From: the human T2T-CHM13v2.0 reference genome, Homo sapiens
DNA: 64,000 nt
NCBI RefSeq assembly: GCF_009914755.1
Contig: NC_060931.1
Direction: 5' to 3' (one strand)
The notes below the pieces were generated by a model that did no database searches, was not told the DNA's origin, and was given only the letters and a program-made list of their open reading frames with translations. Below are positions 40,450 through 54,519 of the stretch, in pieces. The first letter of the stretch is position 1. Each line of letters begins with the position of its first letter. A program made the translations under genes and the position numbers.

Positions 40450-40585
40450 TGCTGGAGTTGGAAGAACAGGCACATATATTGTGCTAGACAGTATGTTGCA
40501 GCAGATTCAACACGAAGGAACTGTCAACATATTTGGCTTCTTAAAACACATCCGTTCACAAAGAAATTATTTGGTACAAACTGAG
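40450..40585 (+). CDS. PTPRZ1: PTPRZ1 exon 22 (136 nt), (S)AGVGRTG...LVQTE
   Basis: cttcag|TGCTGG...ACTGAG|gtatga; completes the [10 protein letters not shown] signature. Confidence 0.97.
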
Positions 40586-40647
40586 GTATGATTTTTAAAA
40601 AGATGATTTTATTCATCTAAGGTATGGAAATGTCACTAAAATGTAGG

Positions 40648-41056
40648 TGTATTCATCTCCTAGGACTGCAAAACAAAGTAATACAAACTGGGTGGGTTAG
40701 AACAACAGAAGTTTATTGTCTCATAGTTCTGATGTCTGTAGGCCCATGCCCTTCCAGAAGCCTCTAGAAGATTCTTCCTTGCCTCTTTCATCTCCTGGTA
40801 GCCCCATGCATTGCGTGGCTTGTGGCAGCACAATTCCAGTCTCAGTCTTCACTTGGCTGTTTCCCTCTGTGTCTGTGTCTGTATCCAAATTTTCCTCCTC
40901 TTATAAGCATACCAGTTATCCTCCTCCTCCAGTTGATCTCATCTTAACTGATTACATCTGTAACAAACTTTTATGCAAATAAAATCACACTCTGAGTTAT
41001 CAGGCGGTTAGAGCTTTAATATATCTTTGTGGGGGGACACCATTCAACCCATGACA
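40648..41056 (-). mobile_element. MLT1-type MaLR LTR
   Basis: caaactgggtgggttagaacaacagaagtttattgtctcatagttctg...ggggacaccattcaaccc. Confidence 0.8.
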
Positions 41057-41467
41057 CCAGTAACTGCAGCTATGTCATGAATGAGCCAGATAAATTTTAT
41101 CTGTTTTGTGACCCCAAATAGGGAATATCCTTTAAAATGACACTGGTCACAGAGAAGATACAGCAAAAGTCTAAGTAGAGTGGTCCACACACATCCTTGC
41201 TAGCAAAAATCTCAAGTTCTTCATATACATAGTGGATGAATCAATTCATTTTTTAAAAAAATATGAATTATGCTTAAATTATATCCATTTTAAGCCCATA
41301 TAGTTTACCCGTAAGTGACAGAACAGTGTCAGCAAATCTGCATTTTATCTTCACTGTTTCTAAATAAAAATGAACTTAAATGGAAACCTATGAATGGCAG
41401 CTTGAAAGCAATCAGAAACACATGGCTGAGTGGGCTTCAAAACGAAACCACACCAAACATCCTTCCA

Positions 41468-41773
41468 TCCATTATCCTAAGCAAACTTACACAGGAACAG
41501 AAAACCAAATACCACATGTTCTCACTTATAAGTGGGAGCTAAATGATGAGAACACATGGAGACATAGAGGGGAACAACACACACTGGGGCCTTTCAGAGG
41601 GTGGAGGATGGCAGGAGGGAGAGAATCAGGAAAAATAACTAATGGACTAATGGGTATGAGCCTTAATACCTGGGTGATGAAATAGTCTATACAACAAACC
41701 CCCATGACACAAGTTGACCTGTGTAACAAACCTGCACATGTACCCCTGAACTTAAAATAAACATTAAAAAATA
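41468..41773 (+). mobile_element. L1PA 3' end (5'-truncated)
   Basis: aaaaccaaataccacatgttctcacttataagtgggagctaa...gtaacaaacctgcacatgtacccctgaacttaaaataa. Confidence 0.9.
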
Positions 41774-42263
41774 ACATTCTGGTCATATAAGACCAAGAAA
41801 GAGTCCCGTATGTGAAATATCAGAGAACTATTAACTATATATAAAATTGAGTTAAACTGCATATGACAAGCGAAAAGGAGAGTTGGCGTTGCCAGAAGGG
41901 GTAGGCCCACCAGAAGTGTAGAAGTCAAGAAAGCCCTCTCATGAAGTATAGAGGTGTCAAGTTTGAAGGATAGGCAGAGAGGACATTCCTTTGCCTTGCC
42001 AACTCTTCCTGCCTCCTAACCTATTGTGTATTGCCAACAATACATAATAAATGAAGAGGTAAGGAATGAGAAGAGGTTCTTTCTTCTGTGACCACTTCCT
42101 TTCCTCTGTCTGACTTCCTTCCAGGTTTTGTAAGCAATCTTGTGTGGGTCTTCCCCCATTCTGTAAAACTCTCCTTGTCTGTCAATGGAAGGTACTATGT
42201 TTGTAGGTAGATACATATGAGGAAAACTTGAAGTAATGTTGCTTATTGTCATTGTTTTGCCAG

Positions 42264-42410
42264 GAGCAATATGTCTTCATTCATGATACACTGGTTGAGG
42301 CCATACTTAGTAAAGAAACTGAGGTGCTGGACAGTCATATTCATGCCTATGTTAATGCACTCCTCATTCCTGGACCAGCAGGCAAAACAAAGCTAGAGAA
42401 ACAATTCCAG
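42264..42410 (+). CDS. PTPRZ1: PTPRZ1 exon 23 (147 nt), EQYVFIH...LEKQFQ
   Basis: tgccag|GAGCAA...TTCCAG|gtgagt. Confidence 0.96.
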
Positions 42411-43521
42411 GTGAGTCCTCTTGGAAGCCTCTTGGATGTCACTACAGAACTGAATGTCCCTGCATCTTCTCATTTGAGTTGACAGGGTCACGTTGAGTGG
42501 GCAGTGTGGGTACAATGACTTTGTATTTGAGCCATCGTTGTTCCTTACTGTGGGCTACAGTGCCACATGGTAAATTTCAAGGAGAAACATAATTCTGAGC
42601 AGCAAGAGGAAAAGTTCTCAGAAACCTTAAACTAACTTTTATAAATGCAAACTTGGTCGAGAAAAGAAGGGCACAGAGCATAACAGAATGAACAGAAAGA
42701 ACTTGTAAAACAGACTATATAAGTGCTCTTTTTACTTTGAAAAAAAAAACAGACCACTTAAACATGAGTGCGGTGGCTCAGGCTGTTCCTGATACTCTTT
42801 GGAAAAAATCTGTGTCTCACTTGAAACCCCTGGACCAAAGTAGTACACACTGGAATAATAGCTTCTTCAACCCCAGTTTCTCCCCCTCACCCTGTCTCAA
42901 GGCCATAAGCCAGAGACAAGAGCATGTTTTGTCCATATTGTACTTCCCACAATACCAGCTCTCTGACTTTCAGAAATCAGTAGGCAAAGAATTCAGAAAG
43001 CAGGTGTTACCGGACCTGCCAGCTGAGACCAAAGCATGTGCAGAATCGTAGCTTTCCACAGGAATGGGGGCTATATTATTTCACTCCACATTGTTCCTGT
43101 GCTATCTGCTTGCTTCTCAGAGTTCCTGGAGAAATAGGGCCAAATTTTGAAGAATGAATATCTGGGAAGAATTTGGAAGACCTTAGAAAAACCCAGGAGA
43201 GTTAACAAATGTTGAGATTTCACTTATTTCTCCTGCTTTGCTCCCCAGTCTACAGCATAGGATGTTAGCCACCATGAATTCCTTTGGGCCATTTGCCTTT
43301 TAAATTACTGCACGGTGTGCCTTTGGAGGTGTAAGAGAAAGATTGGGATCAATACTGAGTTTAGAACCTGTTGTCAGAAAGTCATACATGTTTTACTCAT
43401 CCAAGCTTATCTCAGTCATAAAGGAATGCCTTAGGGGGGAAAAGAGTATGCAGTTGGTTTTCAGATAATAAAGAAATGTTAAAATGTAATTAAGTTGTAA
43501 AGATATCTTTTCCCTAAATAA

Positions 43522-43524
<3 letters not shown>

Positions 43525-43552
<28 letters not shown>
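43525..43552. repeat. (AC)n microsatellite
   Basis: Direct reading of the sequence. Confidence 0.95.
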
Positions 43553-43555
<3 letters not shown>

Positions 43556-43829
43556 ATTACCCATTTCAAAAAAACTCTCATTTAAATATGATTTGCCCCT
43601 GTGTAGTTGCATAAAAACATTGATATGGTAAGCTAAATAATCCAGGATCAAAATGAAAATATTAACTATAAGGTCAGAATTCAATTGAAAAGAGAGATAT
43701 TTTACTCTCTTTCCTGTTAACATCATAAATAGGGAAATGTATTTGTGTGTATGTGTGTGTACCATCCCATAAAAAAGATATCTATTCGAGTTTGTCTGTA
43801 GAAAATTTCCTTGAAATAAGTTGAATATC

Positions 43830-45430
43830 TGTGTATTCAGCAAGTACTTATCAGACACCTGCCAGATGCCAGGCTTTTGTGTTATTAGGACGCAAACATG
43901 AATTTGTAAAATAAATAAATAAAGCACACCCAGCTCCTAGTCTTATGGTGCCTGCAGTCTATTAGAAGATACAGGTAAGAAAACACAAACAGGCCAGGTG
44001 CAGTGGGTCACACCTGTAATTCCTCTGTTTTGGGGGACCATGGTCAAGAATTTGAGACCAGCTTGGGCAACAGAGCAAGACCCTGTCTCTATAAAAAAAT
44101 TAGCTGGGTGGGTGGCATGAGCCTGTAGTCCTAGCTACTTCAGAGGCTGAGGTGAGAGAATTGCCTGAGCTCAGAAGTTCAAGATTACAGTGAGCTATGA
44201 TTGTGCCACTGCACTCCAGTCTGGGAGATAGAGTGAGACCTTGTCTCTAAAAAAATAAAAAAGAAAGAAAGAAACAGATAAACAAAATAGTGTGAAAAAT
44301 GCCATTATAGAGGTAAAACAGGATGCTGTAGGAGTACAGGTAAGGATGCAACTTACCAGAGGAGAATTGCGTAAGATATATTTAAGAGTTGAACACAGGA
44401 TTTGGTGATTCATTGGACATTGCAGAGAGAGAGGAGAGAAAAGACACAAGCATAACTACTCAGATTCTGTTTGGGCACTGGGAAAGTAGTGATGTCATTC
44501 ACCATGATCGAGAATTCAGGAAGAGGAGGTGGTACATGCTTGAGAGGTGTGGTGAGGGAGAAGACGTGAGATATTTCCAAATCTACCTTATTTTTAGGTT
44601 ATTGGGAGATGTCCCAATAAACATGTATATTTGGCAGTTGGATACTGGTTCTGAAGCCTAAGAGAGGTCTGGCCTGAAGAAATGGATTTGGGAGTGATCA
44701 GCGTAGAGATGGTTCCTTGAAGCCTCGGAATTGGATAAAATAGCCAATTAAAAATGAAATGTCTAAGAAAGGTTAGAAAGGATTACTTAAGAAAACATTT
44801 TAATTAACCTATGAATGGCCAGCCCACAAAGGAAAGGGGGGAAAGTGGCATCAGAAGGTAGGAGAAAATTCGGGACAGCGGAATATACTAGGATCCAAAG
44901 TAAATAATGTTTCTTGAAAGAGGAAGTGAACAGAGATGGCAAGTGCTAATGACAAATCAAGTATGTTGGGAATGGAGGAGGCCGTTGGATTTAGACAGAA
45001 GTCATTGATGACCTTTGTCTAAGAGCTATTTGAAAAGTATAGCATTAACACCAGATTACAGGGAGTTAAGGAGTAAATGGATTTGAGGAATTAAAGACAA
45101 TTATATAACTCTTAAAAATTGTTTACTCTGGATAGAATGATTAAGATAACTATAAGAAAACTTTGAGTTAGTAAGATTTGGGGGGTGTTTATTTGGGGTT
45201 TCTTTGCTTATGTTTTAATATGAGACATGAGAGCTTCTTTAAAAACTAATGGGAAGGGAGATAATTGGAGTGTACAGAGACCCTGGGTGGTACAAAGAGG
45301 CGGGATTCAGGACACAGGTAAAGGAATTAGTGTTCAAAATCAGTAAAACCTATGTGCATGTTTACAGTAGTACACATATAGGCTCTAAGGCTGGAGGCTG
45401 AGGAAGTACTCTACGGTTTCTATTATCTGT
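43830..45430 (-). mobile_element. Fragmented L2 interrupted by an Alu
   Basis: attcagcaagtacttatcagacacctgccagatgccagg; atttgggagtgatcagcgtagagatgg; gtcattgatgacctt. Confidence 0.65.
43992..44283 (+). mobile_element. AluJ-like element
   Basis: Diverged dimeric Alu with A-rich tail. Confidence 0.88.
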
Positions 45431-45453
45431 GAAGAGAAGGTGGGTGTGTGTGA

Positions 45454-45793
<340 letters not shown>

Positions 45794-48000
45794 CATTGCA
45801 CACATACTCTAAAATAAAACTGTTAATAGATGCAGAGGGAAAAGGGAGATAATTTTAAGGAATCTATATCATATCAGTCATTTTCTCAGAGTATAACACA
45901 GTAAAAATTGGAAATTGACAGTGAAAGGTTTCCATAAAAATTTTGATATTTGGGCATTAAAAATACCCTTTTAAATAATATACATATTTAAGAGGAAATT
46001 ATAAAATCTTTAGAATTAAAGGTCAAAAGAAGCACTACATAACATTTTTAAAGTTTTTAAAATTAAATAGAAAATTAAAATGATTAAATAAAGATTTAAC
46101 AAAACCTAATGCAGGTTCTATCAAAAGACTATTAAAATAGACAAACCTGTGTCCAGATTGATGAAGGGAGGAAAGAATGTGAGTAAATAATATTGAGATT
46201 AAAAAAAGAGATATAATTTAGAAACATTTTTAAACACAAAAGCATACTTTGAATATATTTGTGACAATACATTTGAAAACCTATATGAAATGAATAATTT
46301 ATTGTATGTTCTAAAATAACTAAAAGCATATCATTGGATTGTTTGTAACACAAAGAAAGGTTAAATGCTTGAGGTGATGGATGCCCCATTTACCCTCCTG
46401 TGATTATTATGCATTGTATGCCTGCATCAGATAGCTCATGTTTTCCATAAATATTACACCTTTTATGTACCCAAAGAAATGAAAACTAAAAAGAATTTTT
46501 AAAGGAAAAATATAATGAAAATACACTAAAAATATATAGAAAATTTAACTAGGCCAATAGCCATTAAGGAAATCAAATCAGCTGCCTAAAATCCCACCTT
46601 CAAAATATAACCAGGCCCAAAATAATTTAATGTCACATTTTACCAATTTTTAAGGCACAGAAAATTCCAAATGTTAGCATAAAAAATCCAGGTGGAAAAC
46701 TAACCCAGCTATTTTATTGGACAAATATAACTTTGATACCAAAACTGAACAAAGACAGAATAAGACACTTATAGGCCAGTATCAATAATCTTATTTAAAA
46801 TATCAGCAACTCAAATCCAGCAGTGTATTTCTTTAATATCATGAGCAAGTAGAGTTTATAGGGTTTATTCCAAAAATGAAATGATGGTTTAACACTGGAA
46901 AATATGAATAGATTTACATAAAGAAACATTATGACCCTGTCAATTAATACAGGAAAAGTAGTCAATCAAATTCTATATTGTTCATTTAAAAAAAGAACTC
47001 TTAGTAAACCAGAAATAGAAGAAAGCTTTCTTAGCCTTCTAGAAAGTATCTGTCATAAAACTACAATAAACATCATACATAAAAATTAAAATTGGAAATG
47101 CTCATAGTAGATTCCAGAAAAGATAAGGAATGTCAATTATTGGCCCTGCTATTCAACATTATTCTGGAAATAGAATTAAACTAGATAGATGTATAAAGGT
47201 AGAAAAGGATTTGCAGATAGATAATATAACTACCTGCAAAGAATATCAAGAGAAGCAAAAGAGAAAATAATTTTCTTTAGTTAGAGTTTAATAAACATAC
47301 ATAAAAATCAATAGCATTGTTATTTGTTAGCTTTGAGTGATTAGAAAATGTTTTAGAACAAAAAAGAACCCAATCATTAACAAAAACAATAACAAAACAG
47401 TAGCAAAAACTTCATCATCTCAAAAAAGACACTTAACAAAATGTGCAGTAAATATAGAGAAATTTATAAAAGTGAATTGAAGAGCATAAAATTAGGCCCA
47501 AATAAAATATAATGTTGATACATGGAAATATTAAGATATTGCTTCTCCTTACATTGACTATAGAAGTCAATGCAGTATCAATCGAATTTATGGCAGGATT
47601 TTTCATGGAAAATGTAGAACAGATTTTAATTTAGCATGGAAAATTAAACAGCCAAAATATCTCACCTATACTGAAAAGGAAATAATAATAGAAGAATTCT
47701 GTTGTACTGTATATGGAAGACTTATGATGTGATATAATAGTATTGGAAAACGGAGGAATCTAGCAGAGGAATGATGCATTTGAGGAAATCTGTTATGTGG
47801 TAGAGATAACATTACGTATCAGTGAAGAAACAGCAGATTAATCTATAAATAACATTGGGAAAATTTTCATGTCAAAAAAAGTAACATTGTATCTCTACCA
47901 CTCCTCAAACACTAAAATGTATTCAAGATGGATTAACTACCTAAAGGTGAAAGCAAACCTTTATAACTATTGTAAGATCATTTTAGAAAAGAAAATATTG

Positions 48001-48270
48001 GGTTGGGCACAGTAGCTCACACCAGTAATCCCAATACTTTGGGAGGCCAAGGCAGGGGGATTGCTTGAGCCCAGGAGTTCGAGACCAGCCTGGGTAATAT
48101 GGTGAAACCCCTTCTCTATAAAAAATACCAAAATTAGCCAGGTGTGGTGGTGCATGCCTGTAGTGCCAGCCACTCGGGAGGCTGAGGCAGGAGGAACTCA
48201 TGAGCACAGGAGATTGAAGCTGCATGCACTCCAGCCTGGGTGACAGAGTGGACACCTGTCTCAAAAAAGA
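48001..48270 (+). mobile_element. AluJ-like element
   Basis: Dimeric Alu followed by a purine tract. Confidence 0.88.
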
Positions 48271-48273
48271 ATT

Positions 48274-48387
48274 GAAGGGGAGGAGAGGGGAGGGGAAGGA
48301 AGGGGAGGGGAGGGGAAGGAAGGGGAGGGGAGGGGAAGGAAGGGGAGGGGAGGGGAGGGAAAAGGAGAGGAGGGGAGGGGAGGAAAA
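48274..48387 (+). repeat. Pure purine (GGGGA/GGAA)n tract
   Basis: 114 nt containing only A and G. Confidence 0.95.
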
Positions 48388-49332
48388 TGCACAGCAGGGC
48401 ATATATTGGAAAGTATTTCTTAATAACTTCAGGATAGAGAAGGACTTCTTACGTAAAATGATAATTTGCAGAAAACTTAAATAAGAAAAATAAATTGGCT
48501 GTAAATCTCTGTGTGATTAAAGAAACTGAAGATGTTTCCAACTTTTTACACACTATAGATTTACATTCAAGACAGCAAGAACCCCCTACAAATTAATAAG
48601 TGGAAATGAAGTAAAAATATGAAAAGGCAATCATCAAAGAAGATATCTTAATGACTAATGAGCACCAAAATTCACAATTTCACAGAAATTAAGACGATGC
48701 AAATCAAAACCATGATATACTATTTTTCATTTATCCGACTGTCAAAAATAAAACACTGAATAACTGAATACTCCTAATGCTCTATGGAAACCGTCACACA
48801 TGTGCACATTAAGAGACATACAGGAGATGCTCATATCTATAAAGCTATACAATTGCAAAACACTGCAAATACCCAAATATTCACTAGCTGAGGAGTAGAT
48901 AAACAGAATGTAGATTATTCATGTAATGGAGTAGTAACAGAAGGAATAAATAAAATTGAATTATATACATATATATGTATATACACACACACGATGTAAT
49001 TTACCTCCAAACGTCTGTGTGAGATTTAAATAGAGGAAATGGAGGTTGCACATCTATAGTGGAAGCCGTGAGGAAGATTATCTCAATGCTAAAAGAATTA
49101 CTAGAGATTTCTTTGCTTCTTGTAACTCCCCTGGTGTAAAACATAGAAGCTCCAGGAAGTTCACTAAAACAAGGTTAAATTCAAGGAATTGTTGGAAAAC
49201 ATTTCATATATATTTTTAGTCAGTATCTTATCTTGATTGGTGTGTGTGTGTGTGTCTGTATGTATGTGTGTGTGTGTGTATTTGGGGGACTTAAATGAAA
49301 TAACCTATATATTTTTTTACTTTCTTGCCCAG

Positions 49333-49426
49333 CTCCTGAGCCAGTCAAATATACAGCAGAGTGACTATTCTGCAGCCCTAAAGCAATGCAACAGGGAAAA
49401 GAATCGAACTTCTTCTATCATCCCTG
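49333..49426 (+). CDS. PTPRZ1: PTPRZ1 exon 24 (94 nt), D2 start, [12 protein letters not shown]
   Basis: gcccag|CTCCTG...CCCTG|gtaagt. Confidence 0.96.
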
Positions 49427-49770
49427 GTAAGTTGTGTTGATCCTTGAAAAAACAACTTTTTTAAAATAATAAAAGCCTTGTAGGAAATTTGGCAATATTT
49501 GTATACCTTTGGAGCAAATGGAGCACATTCAAATATTTTTAATTTTGTCCAATATGTAACTGTTCCAAAGGACTCATAAATCCTTGAAGTCTTATCTAAA
49601 TATGCAAAATGTATAGAAAAATTAGCTTACAGATCAGAGACACTTCAACTTGAAAAATGTAGCTATATTTTACATCTGGCATGGGGAAAAGATGGTACAG
49701 TGCTGTGAGCATGAGTTGTTTTGTTTTGTTTTGTTTTGTTTTGTTTTACAATGAATGTTCTGTGTTCCAG

Positions 49771-49844
49771 TGGAAAGATCAAGGGTTGGCATTTCATCCC
49801 TGAGTGGAGAAGGCACAGACTACATCAATGCCTCCTATATCATG
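49771..49844 (+). CDS. PTPRZ1: PTPRZ1 exon 25 (74 nt), ERSRVGI...DYINASYIM
   Basis: ttccag|TGGAAA...ATCATG|gtaagt. Confidence 0.96.
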
Positions 49845-50879
49845 GTAAGTCAGAGAAGTCACTGAGGAGACTGCCAGCTTGTGTTACAGGGATCAAAACC
49901 AGAATGGGCTGCCAGAAGCAAAGACTACAGGCATGGGCAAATGAGTGGTAAATTTAAGTTAAATCTGTTGACTGCAAGCCCACAGTCCACAGCAACAGTT
50001 GTAATAATGGCATGCTTTTATGTGTGCTGGGACTGAAGAAACCTCAAGCAAGACCAATTAGCAGATGCAGGAACACAAACTCACCATTTAGGGCTGATGA
50101 GTAGATATAAAACTTATACCTGCTTATCTAAAAGGCTTTATTTCCTTCACTAAGGCAGAACCCCTGAGCAAACCCGGGATTCACTGGCTTCAGCAAAGCC
50201 TAACCTCACTGACATCACTACTTCAGGTTTGCAGCATGATTTTTAGCCTGCAAACTGGGCTCATTTTAGGACCTGGATTTCTAAAGATACAATGCTTTTC
50301 TTCTGCATTTACATCTTTTGTGTGAGGGATGAGTGTTTTAGTAGCTGTTGTGTGACCTTCATTAACATTTAAGGTCAATCAATCACGGAGCTTGGCTTCT
50401 GATGAAAACCTAATTCTTATTCCAAAACCTCTGTTCTATTTATCCAGCAAAGAAAATATTAAGGAATATCTATGCAGGAAACACAGGGATGTGTGGTAGT
50501 GGCATCTAAATACATTCACATTTCAAATGAGCCACTGGGTGATAGGAATGGGATCTGAAAGCAGAAGGGGCTAGAAGAGCCAGGACTTTAGTAACAGTAT
50601 AAATATCACAGTTAATACAATAGCTCTAGCTTCTAGGTATCTGTAGCAAAATATGCAAGATGTCTCCCTGGTTCCTCTCTTGTAGAGGCAACCAAGGTGT
50701 CTGGACACCAAAGTGGGAAATGTAAACTCTCCTGTAGATTTCCCACTCTCTGTGGAGTAAGAGACAGTATCCACAAAGCAGTTTGGTAAGTCTACAGCTA
50801 GAGGTGTGTTTTTAATGAAACTGTTCAAGTTTCTCTATCAGCTTAGCTGATAGCTACCATTCTCAGTGACCACCAGATG

Positions 50880-51463
50880 CCCAGATGAAAGAGCACCAAT
50901 AAGGGATTCACCTGCATGGGTTCCATTGAGCAGTCTCACCTAAAGTCTTCAATGAAAAACCACAGTGTGAAAATTCAGAGTTTTTAGTATTTATGGACCC
51001 TGAAGGGTTCATGGCACTGGAGGCCACATGCATAGAGCTTAGGCAGAGCAAGCAGGGAAAGAGAGAAAAGGACCCATGGACCAATGCCCCCACTGAGTCC
51101 AGGGCATTATCCAAGTAGGTTTTCCATGGGGAGTTTTACTTGATGAGTTTAAAGCAAGCAGGCACAAGTCCCAGGAGGTTATGTAGTGACTGAGAGGTAT
51201 TTACTATGGCATATCTGCAAAGTCCATGTAGGTGTGAGGGTCAGCGAGGCCAGCCAAGCAGGCTGTTCTGTAGTGAAATGGTCACTATGGAGCAGTTTTG
51301 TAAGTTAGACAACTGGATCGATCACTTTAAGGAACTGGTGGATGGGACGATGTAGAACTGGAAACTGTATCAAGGTGACTGAACCCTGCTTCTGGCATGA
51401 CAAAGTCCAACTTATATTTAAAAGGAATGCCAAGGCAACATAAAAATCATAAACATTCACTAC
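50880..51463 (-). mobile_element. ERV1-type LTR (MER67-like), tentative
   Basis: Minus strand begins tgtagtgaatgtttatgatttttatgttgccttggcattcc; the other boundary is uncertain. Confidence 0.45.
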
Positions 51464-51499
51464 AAGATGATAGGTAACCTTGAATACTACATCTGACTT

Positions 51500-51680
51500 C
51501 TTAAGGCAAACTTGGGCACAATGCTTAATTTCTAAAGCCTCAGTTTAATCATCTGTAAAATGGGGGTCACAGTTCCTATCTCACAGTATTGCTGTGAGGA
51601 ACAAACGATTTAAGAGAAAAAAAAACACATAGTGTCACACCTAACATACAAAGTGCCCAGTAAGCATTGGCTATAATAAT
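51500..51680 (+). mobile_element. MIR fragment
   Basis: agcctcagtttaatcatctgtaaaatgggg core. Confidence 0.75.
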
Positions 51681-51814
51681 CATATTACTACATATAGACA
51701 CAATCTGCAATTCAAAAGACTATTTTGACTTAAGGTCCATTGATGTATAAATGCTTATCTGAATGTTTAAAGGCATACGCCAGTGCTGTTTTTGTCTTCT
51801 CTTTGGTTTTGTAG

Positions 51815-51943
51815 GGCTATTACCAGAGCAATGAATTCATCATTACCCAGCACCCTCTCCTTCATACCATCAAGGATTTCTGGAGGATGATATGGGACCA
51901 TAATGCCCAACTGGTGGTTATGATTCCTGATGGCCAAAACATG
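51815..51943 (+). CDS. PTPRZ1: PTPRZ1 exon 26 (129 nt), FIITQHP...DFWRMIWD
   Basis: ttgtag|GGCTAT...AACATG|gtaagt. Confidence 0.96.
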
Positions 51944-52845
51944 GTAAGTCCCTTAGACCACTTTTGGGACTTCCTTTACAGAGGAATATCAGGTTACAAA
52001 CAGCAAAAAGTCCAGCATACAAACAAGCAAAGTAATTTTGTTTTCAACTAATAAACTAATGTCATTGAAGGCATACTCTTCTGCTGTTGGGCTTGGTTTC
52101 ATTATACAATCTCCTAGGTCAAAGTGATGAATAAAAGTTTTAAATGAAAGTAGATATAAATGAACTTAAATGTATGTGTTTTGTGACATTGCTTAAGAAA
52201 ATTAGAATCACAGCCATGAAAGAAATCAGTCTATATGCTTCTATTTACATTTTTAAAATAAAATGTGTTAGAATATTTAGAGATTCCCTGAGTTTAAGGA
52301 GGTCTCTAATTTTTTCTTTAAAAAAAAGACCTAGTTAGAATTAAGTGATTTCCTAGTATAGGAAGGACTTTTTTAGTATAAGAAAAGCAGCGATATCCCA
52401 TCCCCCTCTTTATATATGTTTGGAGAACCCAACAAGTAAAATAAATATTTCATTTAGGCTTTACATGTTTACTTAGCTTTGATATTCAGTTCTTATCTAT
52501 AAAGTTATTGTGTGACCATTACACATGAGGCTGGAAATTTCTGAGCTCTTAAAATCACTTGAATCTTCTGTACTCAGTTGTCAATTACAGAAGCAATAAG
52601 CTTATCATTGTTGATAAGCTAAGAGCATAAAATAATAAAGCAATAGTTTGGGTTCCTAAGTGTGATATTTTATTCAGCACATCAATCTAGTTGAAGGCAC
52701 GAGAAAGATGTTAAGAGTAAATATTCAGATTCAAAGAAAAATTGGAGTTGAAATTTCTGTGCCAACCAATTAACTTTATTTCACAATCTGACTTATTGGT
52801 CATTTTATTAAAATCTAGACTCTTCTTTCATTTGCAATTCTGCAG

Positions 52846-52992
52846 GCAGAAGATGAATTTGTTTACTGGCCAAATAAAGATGAGCCTATAAATTGTGAGA
52901 GCTTTAAGGTCACTCTTATGGCTGAAGAACACAAATGTCTATCTAATGAGGAAAAACTTATAATTCAGGACTTTATCTTAGAAGCTACACAG
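52846..52992 (+). CDS. PTPRZ1: PTPRZ1 exon 27 (147 nt), AEDEFVYWP...LEATQ
   Basis: ctgcag|GCAGAA...ACACAG|gtaagg. Confidence 0.96.
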
Positions 52993-54519
52993 GTAAGGAT
53001 ATAAGTTAAATGACAAACTTTTTATCTTAAACACATGTTAAACATATTCTGACCTAAGGATCTGTCCTAGAAATGAAAAGCATGATTCTGATTTTTTCCC
53101 CATTGAGACAAATACACAAATAATCAAATTACCTTGTCACTTTCATTTTCAAAATGATATAGAATCATTAAACAATTAGTCATCACTACGTCATTCCTGA
53201 ATTTTACACACACAGGAAATCAAAGCTCATTTACTCCAGATTAGTGGTTGACAGAACTTAGGTGAAAAATAAACACAGTAAAAGAATAAATTTATTAATT
53301 TTAATTCTCATGTTTTAATGTAATCCCTTACCTTGTAAGTAAAATGGGAAAAATACTACCTACCTAAACTCTCCTAAGTAAAATGGGAAAAATACTACCT
53401 ACCAAAACTTACTATTCTCTACCAATGTAGAAAGTTGATGAGTGATAGTGATGTAGTAAGTTGATAAATGAAGTGCTTTGAAAACACACAGGACAATAAA
53501 CTAAGAATATTTTACTAAAGTCTTGGTTATCTATTACACAAGATACTGTTGTTATCTACAAGATAATACATTGTTTTACTAAACTTAATTATATGCAAAT
53601 ATCTATTATTGAATTATTTGTCAATGATTATTTACATAGAACTATAGTAAAATACTAAAAGATACTAACAATGATGTCTAAGGAATGTGAGATTCAGAGT
53701 ACCTTCTCAATATGACAAAGATTAAATCATGTTCCAAATAATTTGAATGTTTCACTTTTCTCTAGTTCTGAAAACTAGTACATATATGGTATACAAGAAG
53801 ATTCTCTATCCTCTAGAATATTTAAATGACCAATACATATAAACTTGATAATACAAATAACTAATAGTGTAAACAGCATAGCAGTGGAATAGTATCCTAT
53901 CTCATTAAAACAAAAAAGACTTAGGTCTTTATTTGTAAAATGAAGGGCAGAAACTAGAAGGCTCGTAAGGTCCCTGAGAGCTCTTAATGTTCCATGCTAA
54001 TTTCTATCTCTGATTACTCCCTGATCACTTTAGTAGCATCCATTTAGATCTGCCATCTCTCATGCCTTCTCATTATTCCTAGTTAGTAAGAAACCCTATT
54101 ACAAGAGTAATAATCATTATATACCTATTATCTTGTCACACCCATTATCCTGATCACTGATCATGTTTAATATCTTGCTCAGCACTGGGAAATTAGCACT
54201 GTTTTTCTCCTAGTATTATTCAGAAAATAAACTAGATAATACAGGTTCCTGATTGATCCTAATTCAGTATGTCTCATCTATGTAAATCAGCTATTATGGA
54301 CAACTTGATAATCCAGGAGCCCAACCCAGGGATAAACAGTATTTCTATAACAAAGATCAAAAAAGAAGGAAAGACTAAACTGGACAGTTTCATTAACTTC
54401 AGACATTTTTAGGCACTTTAACCAAATATCACATTTGAGGTTAGTAGACAAGTGAAGGTCTATGCTACTGAGCTCAAAAGCTAGGGGCCTTTTATTTATG
54501 TATTTGTTATGAGGACTAT

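Larger units (their letters stand above)
45850..48950 (+). mobile_element. Highly decayed old L1 (L1M) ORF2 region with a nested L1MA 3' end (about 46290-46500)
   Basis: A-rich strand with L1 motifs (tttgataccaaaactgaacaaagac, ctattcaacattattctgga, atttgcaga, atgcaaatcaaaacc). Confidence 0.65.

Noticed and set aside
52843-52852. Alternative acceptors CAG|GCAG|AAG at exon 27
   Set aside because: Shifts of +4 and +7 are out of frame, and nothing supports their use.
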